Below, in pieces: positions 41,428 to 50,911 of a stretch of DNA of 64,000 bases (its first letter is position 1; each line of letters opens with the position of its first letter). The position numbers and the translations under genes are program-made. Below the pieces are notes generated by a model that was not told where the DNA came from, ran no database searches, and saw nothing but the letters and a program-made list of their open reading frames with translations. Source of the DNA: Planctomycetota bacterium (GTDB lineage Bacteria; Planctomycetota; UBA1135; UBA2386); assembly GCA_028281765.1 (NCBI GenBank), contig JANQJF010000072.1, positions 4,826 through 68,825 on the forward strand, read 5' to 3'.

Positions 41428-43203
41428 TCAGAAGTTGCCGATGGTGAACTTGACCGCCTTGGTCGCCGAGAACGGAATCGGGACGCCGAGGCCACCGTCC
41501 AGCTGGAAGCCTTGGCCAAACAGCTCGAGGCCGATCAGCTGCGCACCACCCGAAAGCGGGACCGGGAACGTGCCGTTGCCGGACGCATCCGAGGTCGCCG
41601 GGGCGCCGAGGATGTTCAGGTTGACCCACAGAGTCAGGCCGGCCGGGACCGCACCGACGAGGACCGACGAGACGTCGATGCCGATGTCGCCGGCGAAGCC
41701 CGTGCCGAGGAGCACGTTGTAGGTCGCGTTCGGCAGGAGCCCGGAGAACGAGTAGCCAAAGCCGGAGTTGCCGAGGTACGGCAGGCCGGTGACACCGATC
41801 TGCGGATCGCCGAGCGTGTTCGCCGTCGGCGCGCCGAAGCACTCGAGCTCGGAGCTCGAACCCTGGATGAACAGGCTGTCCATGTACATCGGCGACACGG
41901 CGCGGCCGATCCCCATACCGCCCGTACCCGACTTGCGGTAGCCGAAGGTGACACCACCGAACGCGCCGTCCGCAGCCGTCGCACCACCGAGCACGACACC
42001 GTTGTCGACGAACTGGTCACCACCGATGCGGGCCTCGACGTAGCCCTGCGACGCCGAAACGCGGACGCGATACCAACCGGTCGACGGCACGTCGTAGGAA
42101 CCGAGGACCGTCTCGGTCGAACCGTTCGAGTAGTCCATCAGGTAGCAGGTCGCGCGAACGTCGTCGACGACGTAGCTCAGACCGACGCCGGTCATGTCCG
42201 AACCGAACGGCTGCGACGGGAAGATGCTCGCCGGCACGTTGAAGAACTCGGCCGAGCCACCCTGCAGACCGATGTGCCAGTATTCGCCGGTGGCGGCAGC
42301 CGTGAGCGTGGTGTCGATGTAGACGAAGCACTCGACCGTCGCGCTCGAAAGCGGCGCGGTCTCGAGCCAACGGCTGGCGCCGATCGAGTCGGAGGCCGAC
42401 TCGCTGCCCATGCGGGCGAGGAGACCATCGGCGTCGACCGGCAGAGCCGGCAGACCCGTCGTCGTGTAGTCCGTCAGCTCCGGCTCCGGACCGGCGGACG
42501 ACGCGCCGATCATCGGCAGCGCCGCACCGACCGTGAGGCCACCACCGGCGATCTCGGCATCGAGCACATAACCCGACGCCGCGACGTCGAACGCGATGTT
42601 GTTCGACGCGCCCGGGGTCGCGAGCGCGATGCGGAAGTCGCGGCCGTTGTCGTTCGTATCGTAGCCATCGGTCAGACGCTGGAACGAGTTGTAGTTCAGG
42701 CTGCCGGCGCTGTACCCGAAGTTGGCGAGCGCGCCGGGGATGCCGAAGCCTTCGACCTGCTCGGGGTCGACGAGCGGGCTGGTCGAGCCGTTCATCTCGT
42801 AGGAGACCGCGTCGACGACCACGCCGCCCGCGTCACGAAGCATGATCGAGTCGCGGCCGCCGTTCTGCAGCCAACCACCTGAGGGAGCACCGGTGACGAT
42901 CACACCAGCGGCCTGGAGCGCCGGAGCGACCGCGACGGCGTTGGCGGCAACCAGGAAGCCGCCCGGCGGGACCGGCGGCGTCGGCGGGATTACGAAGTCG
43001 TAGTTGCTGGTCGTCGTGCCTTGACCGTCGATCGTCCAACCCGTCATGTCGACCGGGCTGCCCGAGGCGTTGTAGAACTCGATGAACTCGTCCAAGTCCA
43101 CACCGGAGTGGTCGTACATGAACTCGTTGATGACGATTTGTGCGTTGGCCGCGGACGCGAGGAGCAGTCCGACGGGGAGCGCACAGGCAAGCTTGGAAAG
43201 CAT
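41428..43203 (-). CDS. Secreted lamin-tail-domain (LTD) protein, paralog 2
   Basis: Signal peptide MLSKLACALPVGLLLASAANA. LTD signature (VINEFMYDHSGVDLDEFIEFYN). C-terminal domain shared with paralog 1. Confidence 0.75.
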   Translation of the reverse strand: MLSKLACALPVGLLLASAANAQIVINEFMYDHSGVDLDEFIEFYNASGSPVDMTGWTIDGQGTTTSNYDFVIPPTPPVPPGGFLVAANAVAVAPALQAAGVIVTGAPSGGWLQNGGRDSIMLRDAGGVVVDAVSYEMNGSTSPLVDPEQVEGFGIPGALANFGYSAGSLNYNSFQRLTDGYDTNDNGRDFRIALATPGASNNIAFDVAASGYVLDAEIAGGGLTVGAALPMIGASSAGPEPELTDYTTTGLPALPVDADGLLARMGSESASDSIGASRWLETAPLSSATVECFVYIDTTLTAAATGEYWHIGLQGGSAEFFNVPASIFPSQPFGSDMTGVGLSYVVDDVRATCYLMDYSNGSTETVLGSYDVPSTGWYRVRVSASQGYVEARIGGDQFVDNGVVLGGATAADGAFGGVTFGYRKSGTGGMGIGRAVSPMYMDSLFIQGSSSELECFGAPTANTLGDPQIGVTGLPYLGNSGFGYSFSGLLPNATYNVLLGTGFAGDIGIDVSSVLVGAVPAGLTLWVNLNILGAPATSDASGNGTFPVPLSGGAQLIGLELFGQGFQLDGGLGVPIPFSATKAVKFTIGNF

Positions 43204-43401
43204 CTGTGTTCCTATGGGAGGTGGAGTGTTGCTCTGGGAGAACCCGAGGTGGCGCGCGAGTGTAGATCACATTCACACGCGCCGCTCGCTGCGGGCTCGC
43301 TGCGCAACACGCAAATCGCGGGCAGACTTTCAGGCGACCGAAGATCGATGGCTCTGTTTGCGCCTAGCCGCATCGCGGAGTGAACCCCGCGACGCGACAC
43401 A

Positions 43402-44418
43402 TCAATCGACTTGCCAGGTCTCGCCGCCGGTGAGCAGATCCTGCAGCGACTGCGTGCTGCGCTCCTTCGCCACCGCGACCTGATTGAGGACTCCGGTCTC
43501 GAAAGTCGGGCGCGCGACGTCGCGGAACACACCGATCGGCACCGGCATCTCGGCCTCGGACATGCGCGCGAGCGCCGTTGCGATGGCCGGGTTGGGACGC
43601 TTCTCGTCCCAGATCACGAGGTCGTCGATGGCGATGCCGTTTTCGCCGACCGTGACCAGCTCCGGCTGCAGATTGCTGTCGAGACGGATGCCGCGCTGCA
43701 CGCCGTCCTTCTCGCACATCAGCGGCTTGCCGTGCTCCATCCGCAGCACGCGCTCATCGCGCACGTCCTTGTCAGTGAAGCTCTTGAACGCGCCGTCGTT
43801 GAAGATGTTGCAGTTCTGGTAGATCTCGAGGAGCGCGGAGCCTTCGGCCTGATCCATCCGCTCGATCATGGGCACGAGGTGGTCGACGAACACGTCGACC
43901 GAACGACCGACAAACGACGCACCCGCACCGAGCGCGAGCGCGATCGGCGAGAACGGCTCTTCGATCGAGCCGAGCGGCGTCGACTTGGTCATCTTGCCCT
44001 TCTCGGACGTCGGCGAGTACTGCCCTTTCGTCAGGCCGTAGATCCGGTTGTTGAACAACATGATCTTGAGGCCGACGTTGCGGCGCAACGCGTGGATCAG
44101 GTGGTTGCCACCGATCGACAGCCCGTCTCCGTCGCCGGTGACGACCCAGACGTCGAGGTCCGGGTTCGCGAGCTTGACGCCCGTCGCCAGCGCAGGCGCG
44201 CGGCCGTGGATCGTGTGGAACCCGTAGGTGTCCATGTAGTACGGGAAACGGCTCGAGCAGCCGATCCCGGAGATCACGACGGTCTCGTGCCGCTTCTTAC
44301 CGAGCTTGGCGAAAGCCGTCTGCACGGCGTTCAGGATCCCGTAGTCGCCGCAGCCGGGGCACCAGCGGACGTCCTGGTCGCTCTTGAAGTCCTTCTTGGT
44401 CAGTCCCGTGGTGCTCAT
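43402..44418 (-). CDS. korB: 2-oxoacid:ferredoxin oxidoreductase beta subunit (TPP-binding, KorB-like)
   Basis: TPP-binding motif GDGD...N region (VVTGDGDGLSIGGNHL) and the Cys cluster CPGCGDYG. ATGA overlap with korA. Confidence 0.85.
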   Translation of the reverse strand: MSTTGLTKKDFKSDQDVRWCPGCGDYGILNAVQTAFAKLGKKRHETVVISGIGCSSRFPYYMDTYGFHTIHGRAPALATGVKLANPDLDVWVVTGDGDGLSIGGNHLIHALRRNVGLKIMLFNNRIYGLTKGQYSPTSEKGKMTKSTPLGSIEEPFSPIALALGAGASFVGRSVDVFVDHLVPMIERMDQAEGSALLEIYQNCNIFNDGAFKSFTDKDVRDERVLRMEHGKPLMCEKDGVQRGIRLDSNLQPELVTVGENGIAIDDLVIWDEKRPNPAIATALARMSEAEMPVPIGVFRDVARPTFETGVLNQVAVAKERSTQSLQDLLTGGETWQVD

Positions 44419-46298
44419 CCGTCATTCTCCGCGAGGAGTTCCTCTACCTTGGCCATGATCTCGTCGCTGGAGAAGGGCAGGCCCTGCACCTTCGCGAAGG
44501 AGTATGCGTCGATCAGGTAGCGCGCGCGAACCAAGAGCGCGAGCTGCCCACCGTTCAACTCCGGAATCAAGACGCGCTTGAAGCGCTTCATCACGTCACC
44601 GAGATCGTTCGGCAACGGGTTGAGGTGGCGCAGACAGATCGAGCTGACATTCTTGCCGTCGGCGCGCATCCGCGACACGGCCGCGGTGATCGCACCGGCG
44701 GTGCCACCCCATCCGAGCACGAGGACGTCACCCTCCTCACCGCCGAGCGGTTCGAGTGGCGGCAATTCGTCGGCGATGCGCTGCACCTTGGCGGCGCGCA
44801 TCTCTGTCATGCGCTCGTGGTTCTCGGGGTCGTAGCTGATGTCGCCGTACGGCTCGGACTTCTCGAGGCCACCGATGCGGTGCGTGCCGCCTTCGGTGCC
44901 CGGGATCGCCCACGCGCGCGCCAGCGTTTCAGGATCGCGCGCGTACGGTTCGAACCGCGTGCCGTCGGGGACGCCCTCGGCGAACTTCACGTCGATCGCC
45001 GGCAGCTGATCGGCGTCGGGAATCCGCCACGGCTCGGCACCGTTCGCAACGTAGCCGTCCGACAGCAGGATCACGGGGATCATGTGCCGCACCGCGATGC
45101 GCACGGCCTCGTAGGCCGCCTCGAAGGCGTCGGCCGGCGTGCGGGCGCACAACACCACGCACGGGCACTCGCCGTTGCGGCCGTACATCGCCTGCAGCAG
45201 GTCCGCCTGCTCGGTCTTGGTCGGCATGCCGGTGCTCGGTCCGGCACGCTGCACGTCGACGATCACCAGCGGCAGCTCGGTCATGACGGCGAGGCCGATC
45301 GCCTCGGACTTCAGCGCGAGGCCCGGACCGCTCGTCGAGGTCACGCCGAGCTTGCCGGCGTAGCTCGCACCGATCGCGGCGCACACGGCCGCGATCTCGT
45401 CTTCGGCCTGGAACGTGACGACGCCGTGCGACTTGTAGGTGCTCAGCTGGTGCAGGATGTCACTCGCGGGAGTGATCGGATACGAGCCCAGCATGATCGG
45501 CAGGTCCGCCTGCCGTGACGCCGCGACGAGCCCGAGACACAGGCTCTGGTTGCCCATGATGTTCCGGTAGCGCCCCGGCTGCATGAACGTCGCCGGCTGC
45601 ACCTTGTACGACGTCTGGAAGATGCCGCTGATGTCGGCGTAGTTGTAGCCGGCCTTGACGACGTCCTTGTTCGCCGCGGCGACGTCGGGCTTCTTCGCGC
45701 CGAACTTCTCGTCGAGGTACTTGAGCGTCGGTTCGAGATCCCGGTTGTACAGCCAGTAGAGGATCCCGAGCGCGAACATGTTCTTGCAGCGATCCTTCGA
45801 ACGCGTGTCGAGCGGCGACTCTTCGAGCGCCCCTCGCGTCAGCTTCTCGAGGTCGACCTGGATGACCCGGTAGCCGTCGATGCTGCCGTCCTCGAGCGGA
45901 TTGCTGTCGTACTTCGCCTTCTTGAGATCCGTCGCGCGGAACTTCGCCGTGTTGACGATCAGGATGCCGTCGGACTTCAGCTGACCGATGTGCACCTTGA
46001 GCGCCGCGGGGTTCATCGCGACCAGCACATCCGGTGAATCGCCCGGGGTGTGGATGTCGAAGTTCGAAAAGCGCACCTGGAACGCGGACACGCCAGGGAT
46101 CGTCCCGGCGGGCGCGCGGATCTCGGCGGGGAAGTCCGGGAACGTCGCAAGGTCGTTCCCCATGATCGCGGACGTCCGCGTCAGTTCGCCGCCAGTCAGC
46201 TGCATCCCGTCGCCGGAGTCCCCGGCGAATCGGATGACTACCTGATCGACTTCTCTAACGTCGTTGTTCGCAGCGGATTGCACCGAGGTATCGGTCAT
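44415..46298 (-). CDS. korA: 2-oxoacid:ferredoxin oxidoreductase alpha subunit (fused gamma-alpha type, KorA-like)
   Basis: Large 627-aa subunit with conserved OFOR alpha blocks. I placed the start at ATG 46298 (MTDTSVQ) rather than the upstream TTG/GTG of the ORF track. Confidence 0.8.
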   Translation of the reverse strand: MTDTSVQSAANNDVREVDQVVIRFAGDSGDGMQLTGGELTRTSAIMGNDLATFPDFPAEIRAPAGTIPGVSAFQVRFSNFDIHTPGDSPDVLVAMNPAALKVHIGQLKSDGILIVNTAKFRATDLKKAKYDSNPLEDGSIDGYRVIQVDLEKLTRGALEESPLDTRSKDRCKNMFALGILYWLYNRDLEPTLKYLDEKFGAKKPDVAAANKDVVKAGYNYADISGIFQTSYKVQPATFMQPGRYRNIMGNQSLCLGLVAASRQADLPIMLGSYPITPASDILHQLSTYKSHGVVTFQAEDEIAAVCAAIGASYAGKLGVTSTSGPGLALKSEAIGLAVMTELPLVIVDVQRAGPSTGMPTKTEQADLLQAMYGRNGECPCVVLCARTPADAFEAAYEAVRIAVRHMIPVILLSDGYVANGAEPWRIPDADQLPAIDVKFAEGVPDGTRFEPYARDPETLARAWAIPGTEGGTHRIGGLEKSEPYGDISYDPENHERMTEMRAAKVQRIADELPPLEPLGGEEGDVLVLGWGGTAGAITAAVSRMRADGKNVSSICLRHLNPLPNDLGDVMKRFKRVLIPELNGGQLALLVRARYLIDAYSFAKVQGLPFSSDEIMAKVEELLAENDG

Positions 46299-46426
46299 CG
46301 TTTCTCGTTGTTTCGGGGGCCGAACACGCGGCCTGCGGGGGCCGAATATACCACGCCAACCCACCATGAGAAGGGAGCCATGCCAAGGCCGTCAAGGCGG
46401 CACCCGGGGGTGACGAAGAAACCGAC

Positions 46427-47272
46427 ATGTGTCGAATTCTGCTCATCCTGATGCTCCTCGCGGCGCCCGCACTCGGGCAGCACGCGAAGCACCACGGCGG
46501 CAGCAAGACGACCCGTGCGCAGGCGACCGACCTGCACCGCCCGAAGCTCTGGCTCGCGCCGGAGATCGCGTTCGACCACCTGCGCAAGGGAGCGTTCCTG
46601 GTGCAGCGCGCGCGGATGCGGGAGACCAAGGAAGCCCGAATCGGCAGCCCCCACCCCCGCAAGTTTGACGCACCGACGCCCGCCCGCCGACCGACGGGTG
46701 CGGGTAAGTATCTGGCAGCGGTCGTGTCCTGCGCCGACGCGGACCTCGACGTCCCCGCGACGCTCCTCCAGCGGCGACGGGACCTGCTCCTCTTCAGCAG
46801 CCCGGGACCGCGGTTCGGTCGCGACGAGGTCGGCCTGCTCGAGCACTCGGTCCGAGAACACGGACTATCGCTCTGCGTCGTCCTCGTGCACGAGGGCTGC
46901 GAAACGCTGCAGCGCGACCCCCGCCGCGCGAACGGTTCATCGACCGAGGGTCGAACCTCGATCGCGCCGGAAGATCACGGCGTCGCGCTCGCCCGCCACA
47001 TCCTGCGCAGCTCCGAGACATGCGAGCAGCTCCGGCAGCGCGGTAAGTTTCAGGTCGTGACCGGCGTCGTGTCGAAGTCGGGAGACGTGCGCTGGATCGC
47101 CCGCTGGGCCGATCGCCCGGCGCTCGGCCGAATCTACGACGAGCCCGCGGAACCGGAACCCGAAGTGCACCGAGCCAAGCCGACGAAGTCGCACGCCGAG
47201 CCGAAGCCGCAGAAGAAGCCGACCCACCGTCAAACCCACGCGCACCGACCCAAGCGCCACTCGGGTCACTGA
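46427..47272 (+). CDS. Secreted beta-carbonic-anhydrase-like protein with altered active-site dyad and basic His/Lys-rich tail
   Basis: Signal peptide. Alignment by eye to beta-CA blocks: SCADAD (for CSDSR), LEHSV (for LEYAV), VVLVHEGCE (for VVCGHSxCG). The Zn ligands C/H/C are retained and the Asp-Arg dyad is changed. Confidence 0.5.
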   Translation: MCRILLILMLLAAPALGQHAKHHGGSKTTRAQATDLHRPKLWLAPEIAFDHLRKGAFLVQRARMRETKEARIGSPHPRKFDAPTPARRPTGAGKYLAAVVSCADADLDVPATLLQRRRDLLLFSSPGPRFGRDEVGLLEHSVREHGLSLCVVLVHEGCETLQRDPRRANGSSTEGRTSIAPEDHGVALARHILRSSETCEQLRQRGKFQVVTGVVSKSGDVRWIARWADRPALGRIYDEPAEPEPEVHRAKPTKSHAEPKPQKKPTHRQTHAHRPKRHSGH

Positions 47273-47289
47273 GCACTCGGGTCACTGAG
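47258..47289. repeat. Perfect tandem 16-bp direct repeat (CACTCGGGTCACTGAG x2) spanning the stop codon of the beta-CA-like gene
   Basis: Read directly from the sequence. Confidence 0.8.
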
Positions 47290-47301
47290 CGATCGGGTCC
47301 G

Positions 47302-49701
47302 TCAGGACTCGTCGAGCTTCGCCCGGACCGCGTCGTAGACCTCCGACGCGGGCCGACCGAACAGCACGTCGACCGCTTCGTCGATCGTCTCGACCGCGTG
47401 CACGTGGAACCGCCCGCGACTCACGGAGTCGACCAGCGCCGTCTCGAGCATCAGGTCCTCGACGTTCTGACGCGGCACGATCACACCCTGCCGCCCCGTC
47501 ATCCGCTGCGCCTTGCACAGCCGGAAGAACCCTTCGATCTTCTCGTTCACGCCGCCGATCGGCTGCACTTCGCCGAGCTGGTTCAGCGAGCCCGTGATCG
47601 CGATGCCCTGCTGGATCGGCAATCCGGAGATCGAGGAAAGCACCGCGAGCAACTCCGCGCAGGACGCCGAGTCACCGTCGAGGCCGGAGTAGAGTTGCTC
47701 GAAGCACACGGTCACGCGCCAGTGGATCGCGGCGTCGCGACCGAAACGATCCCCGAGGAAGCCCGCGAGCGTGAGCACTCCCTTGTCGTGGAGCGGGCCG
47801 GAGAGCTCCGCTTCGCGCTCGATGCTCACGAGTTCGGAGCGCTCCGCACTCGCCCGCGCGGCCGTCGCGGTGACGCGCACCGGTTTGCCGAACGCGAGGC
47901 TGTGGGATTCGACGACCGTCAGCGCGTTGACGCAGCCGACCTTGGAGCCGGACGTGCGCAGGAGGACGTAGCCATCGTCGAACTCACGTGCGGTCTGCTC
48001 GCGGAGCAAGTCGCCGCGCGCGACGCGCGCTTCGAGCGCGGACTCGACGTGTTCTCGCTCGACGGCGGCGCCGTTGCGCCGCCGACTCAGGTATGCGGCC
48101 TCGCGCGCCAGATCCGCGAGTTCACCGAAGCACGTCGAGAGACGCGTGCGACGCCCGGCGAGCCGCGCCCCGAACTCCACCACCGCGGCGATCGCCTGCG
48201 GCGCGAACGTCCCCAGCTCCTCGTTGGACGAGACCCAGCCCAGGAAGTCGGCGTAACGCCGACGATTCGCGACGCTGTTCGCGACCGTCGAGTCGAACTC
48301 CGCGTGCACCTTGAAGAGCTGCATGAACTCCGGCTCTTGGTGGCACAGGTGCTCGTAGAGCCCTGGCTCGCCGATCAGCACGACCTTGACGTCGATCGGG
48401 ATCGCCTCGGGCTGCAGCGCTCCGGCGGTCGTGCCGGTGCTGGGATCGAACTCGCGCACCTCGAGCGTCGACGTCTTCAGCGCCCGCTGCAGATGTCGCC
48501 ACGCTCCGGGCTCGCTGATCAGGTCCGCCGCGCGGAGGATGAGGTAGCCGCCGTCGGCGCGTAGGAGCGCCCCGGGGTGCACGCGCTCCATCGCGGAAAC
48601 TTCGGACGAAGGCTCGATCGTGCCGAACAGGTTCGGATAGGTCGGATGCGTCTCGACGACGACCGGGCAATCCCGTCCCTGGTCGGACTTGACGATGTGC
48701 ACCTGGAGCTCCGGTCGATGATGCGGAGAGCCGGCGCCCGGCTCCGCCAAGTGATCGCCGCCCCCCTCGTCCCGGTGCTGCTCCTCCTCGTGCTCGCCAT
48801 CGTCGAGCCAGTCGGCGTAGGACTCGAGCACGTGGTCGCGAAGCGCGGTCAGATGCTCGCTCACGGCTTCGTTCTGCCACCTCTGCTCGACCTCCTCGAA
48901 CACCGCGCCAAGGCTCCGCTCGGCCATGCGCCGATCGACGCGCTGCAGCTCGCGGCCGGTTTCGCGATAGATGCGCCGCGTGCGTTCGGTCGCCTGCTCG
49001 AGGCGCTCGATGAGCTCTTCGCGACTGCGCCGCAACGCCTGATGCTCCTCGGGCTCGATCGCACCACTGCGACCGAGCTCGTCCAACCGATCGAGAGAAA
49101 TCGCCTCGCGATCGTGCACCGGCAGGATGTCGGCGGACAACTCCGCGCCATCGCGGTACTGCACGAGCGTGCACCCCTGCTTCTGCGCCTCCCGCTCGAG
49201 CGCCTGGAACAGCTTTTCGCGCCGCTCCTCGGCACCCTGGAGGACGAGTCGTCGCGACGCGCGGTGCCACCGCGAACGCAGGCTCTGCTGCAGCGTGTCC
49301 CGAATCGCGCGCCCGAGCTCGAGCATGTCGGCGCGGAACGGCTCCGCCTGACCACGCGGCAGATTGAGGAGGCGCGGCTTGTTGGGCTCTCGGAAGTCGT
49401 GGACGAAGACCCGGTCGGGCCCCAAACGACACGCCGGCTTCATCTCTTCGAGTAGCGCGCGCACGATGCGCACCCGTCCTGATCCGAGTAGGCCGGACAG
49501 GAAGACGTTGAAGCCGGGCGCGTAGAGTTCGAGCCCGGTGCGCAGCGCCTTCACCGCGCGGGCCTGACCGAGCAACATCGACGGCTTCGGCGGTCGAGCC
49601 GAACCGTGGATCGACTCGCAGTTCCAGCGCAGCTCGCTCGAATCGAGTCGCGACCGTGCCCCCGCGTCGGGCTTCGACTTGGATCGTCGGGCCTTGGTCA
49701 C
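47302..49701 (-). CDS. Lon-like protease (LonC-like: degenerate AAA+ module plus S16 Lon proteolytic domain)
   Basis: C-terminal Lon protease domain with Ser-Lys dyad context (GDSASCAELLAVLSSISGLPIQQGIAITGSLNQLGEVQPIGGVNEKIEGFF). N-terminal P-loop-like GLLGSGRV has Arg in place of the Walker Lys. The GTG start overlaps the usp stop. Confidence 0.7.
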   Translation of the reverse strand: MTKARRSKSKPDAGARSRLDSSELRWNCESIHGSARPPKPSMLLGQARAVKALRTGLELYAPGFNVFLSGLLGSGRVRIVRALLEEMKPACRLGPDRVFVHDFREPNKPRLLNLPRGQAEPFRADMLELGRAIRDTLQQSLRSRWHRASRRLVLQGAEERREKLFQALEREAQKQGCTLVQYRDGAELSADILPVHDREAISLDRLDELGRSGAIEPEEHQALRRSREELIERLEQATERTRRIYRETGRELQRVDRRMAERSLGAVFEEVEQRWQNEAVSEHLTALRDHVLESYADWLDDGEHEEEQHRDEGGGDHLAEPGAGSPHHRPELQVHIVKSDQGRDCPVVVETHPTYPNLFGTIEPSSEVSAMERVHPGALLRADGGYLILRAADLISEPGAWRHLQRALKTSTLEVREFDPSTGTTAGALQPEAIPIDVKVVLIGEPGLYEHLCHQEPEFMQLFKVHAEFDSTVANSVANRRRYADFLGWVSSNEELGTFAPQAIAAVVEFGARLAGRRTRLSTCFGELADLAREAAYLSRRRNGAAVEREHVESALEARVARGDLLREQTAREFDDGYVLLRTSGSKVGCVNALTVVESHSLAFGKPVRVTATAARASAERSELVSIEREAELSGPLHDKGVLTLAGFLGDRFGRDAAIHWRVTVCFEQLYSGLDGDSASCAELLAVLSSISGLPIQQGIAITGSLNQLGEVQPIGGVNEKIEGFFRLCKAQRMTGRQGVIVPRQNVEDLMLETALVDSVSRGRFHVHAVETIDEAVDVLFGRPASEVYDAVRAKLDES

Positions 49702-50156
49702 GCGCGCGCCACCAACACCGGACAGGGCGCCGCAACCAGGACGTCCTCGACCGTGCTACCGAACAGCGCCTTCATCAAACCCGAGCGGCCGTGCGACCGG
49801 ATCAGGATCAAGTCCGCGTGCTGCAGCATCGCTTCCTTGAGGATCTGCTCGGGGACTTCCTCGCTGACGATCGCATGCCCTCGCGCGCGCACGCCCCGCG
49901 ACGCCGCGACGTCGACGTAGCGCTGCAGGATCGTCTTCGCGTCCTCGACGACCGAATCGGTCAGGGTCGCCTTCGAGCGAGTCTTCTCCTCACCGTGCTT
50001 GCCGATCAGGCTGACCATTGCCGGCGTGTCGATGACGGCGAAGAGGATCAGCTCCGAGTCGAGCTGGCCCGCGAGATCCATCGCGTATCCCATGTCCGGT
50101 TCGCCGTCTGCGAACTCCACGAACGCCAGAATGCGCTGGATCAACCGCTCGGTCAT
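49698..50156 (-). CDS. Universal stress protein (UspA family)
   Basis: About 150-aa UspA fold blocks (ILFAV...; HADLILIRSHGRSGL; GSTVEDVL). Confidence 0.75.
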   Translation of the reverse strand: MTERLIQRILAFVEFADGEPDMGYAMDLAGQLDSELILFAVIDTPAMVSLIGKHGEEKTRSKATLTDSVVEDAKTILQRYVDVAASRGVRARGHAIVSEEVPEQILKEAMLQHADLILIRSHGRSGLMKALFGSTVEDVLVAAPCPVLVARA

Positions 50157-50207
50157 CTACGGCGATCGTCGCGCACGCGCCGCGACCGAGCAAGCAAGAA
50201 CTCCGTC

Positions 50208-50852
50208 TCAGTCGGCGCTCAGCGCCGTCGGATTCCACGTCGCGATACGCGCGCCGTTGTCGAACACGTCGACAATGCCCAGTCCGCCGTGCGGCAGGTT
50301 CAAACTGACCGCGCGACTCAACCGCATCCCGAGCATCGCGGCGGTGAATCCGGTCACCATCGCGCCCGACGTGACGACCGCGATCGTCTTGCCGAGCGAC
50401 TGGGGCTTGGTCTCGATCCACCACTCGAAGAAGCGCTCGACCGCCGCGCCGAGCGACTCGCCGTCCGGCGCCGGCACCTCGCCGAACTCCCCGAAGAAGT
50501 CCCGCACCCGATCCGGATCCTCGGCTGCCAGCTCCTCCCAAGAACGTCCCTGCCAAGAGCCGAGGTGTTGGTCCCGCAGGCGCGGCTCGGATTGGACCTC
50601 GAGCCCTTTCGCCGCCGCGATCGCTGCCGCGGGGTCGGCACTCTGCGGCTGGTTCGCCGCGACGACGGCGTCCAGTTCGATCGTCTCGAACAGCTTCATC
50701 CAGTCGATCGCGGTCGCTTGGCCGCGACGACTCAGCGTCGCCTCTCCATCGCCGACGGCGAGCGACGAGTGGGCCGCGTCGAGCTCGGGGTGACGCAGCA
50801 GGTAGAGGCGGCAGAAATCGGTGACGTCGGGCAGCACGACAGGAACGTCCAA
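50208..50852 (-). CDS. Histidine phosphatase (phosphoglycerate-mutase-like) family protein
   Basis: RHG-type catalytic motif LLRHPE near the N-terminus, and a typical length of about 214 aa. Confidence 0.65.
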   Translation of the reverse strand: MDVPVVLPDVTDFCRLYLLRHPELDAAHSSLAVGDGEATLSRRGQATAIDWMKLFETIELDAVVAANQPQSADPAAAIAAAKGLEVQSEPRLRDQHLGSWQGRSWEELAAEDPDRVRDFFGEFGEVPAPDGESLGAAVERFFEWWIETKPQSLGKTIAVVTSGAMVTGFTAAMLGMRLSRAVSLNLPHGGLGIVDVFDNGARIATWNPTALSAD

Positions 50853-50911
50853 CGCCGGAGCGCGAGAGTCAAGAGGAGGTTCGCAGACCGACGGCGCTAT
50901 AGTCGAAAGCC

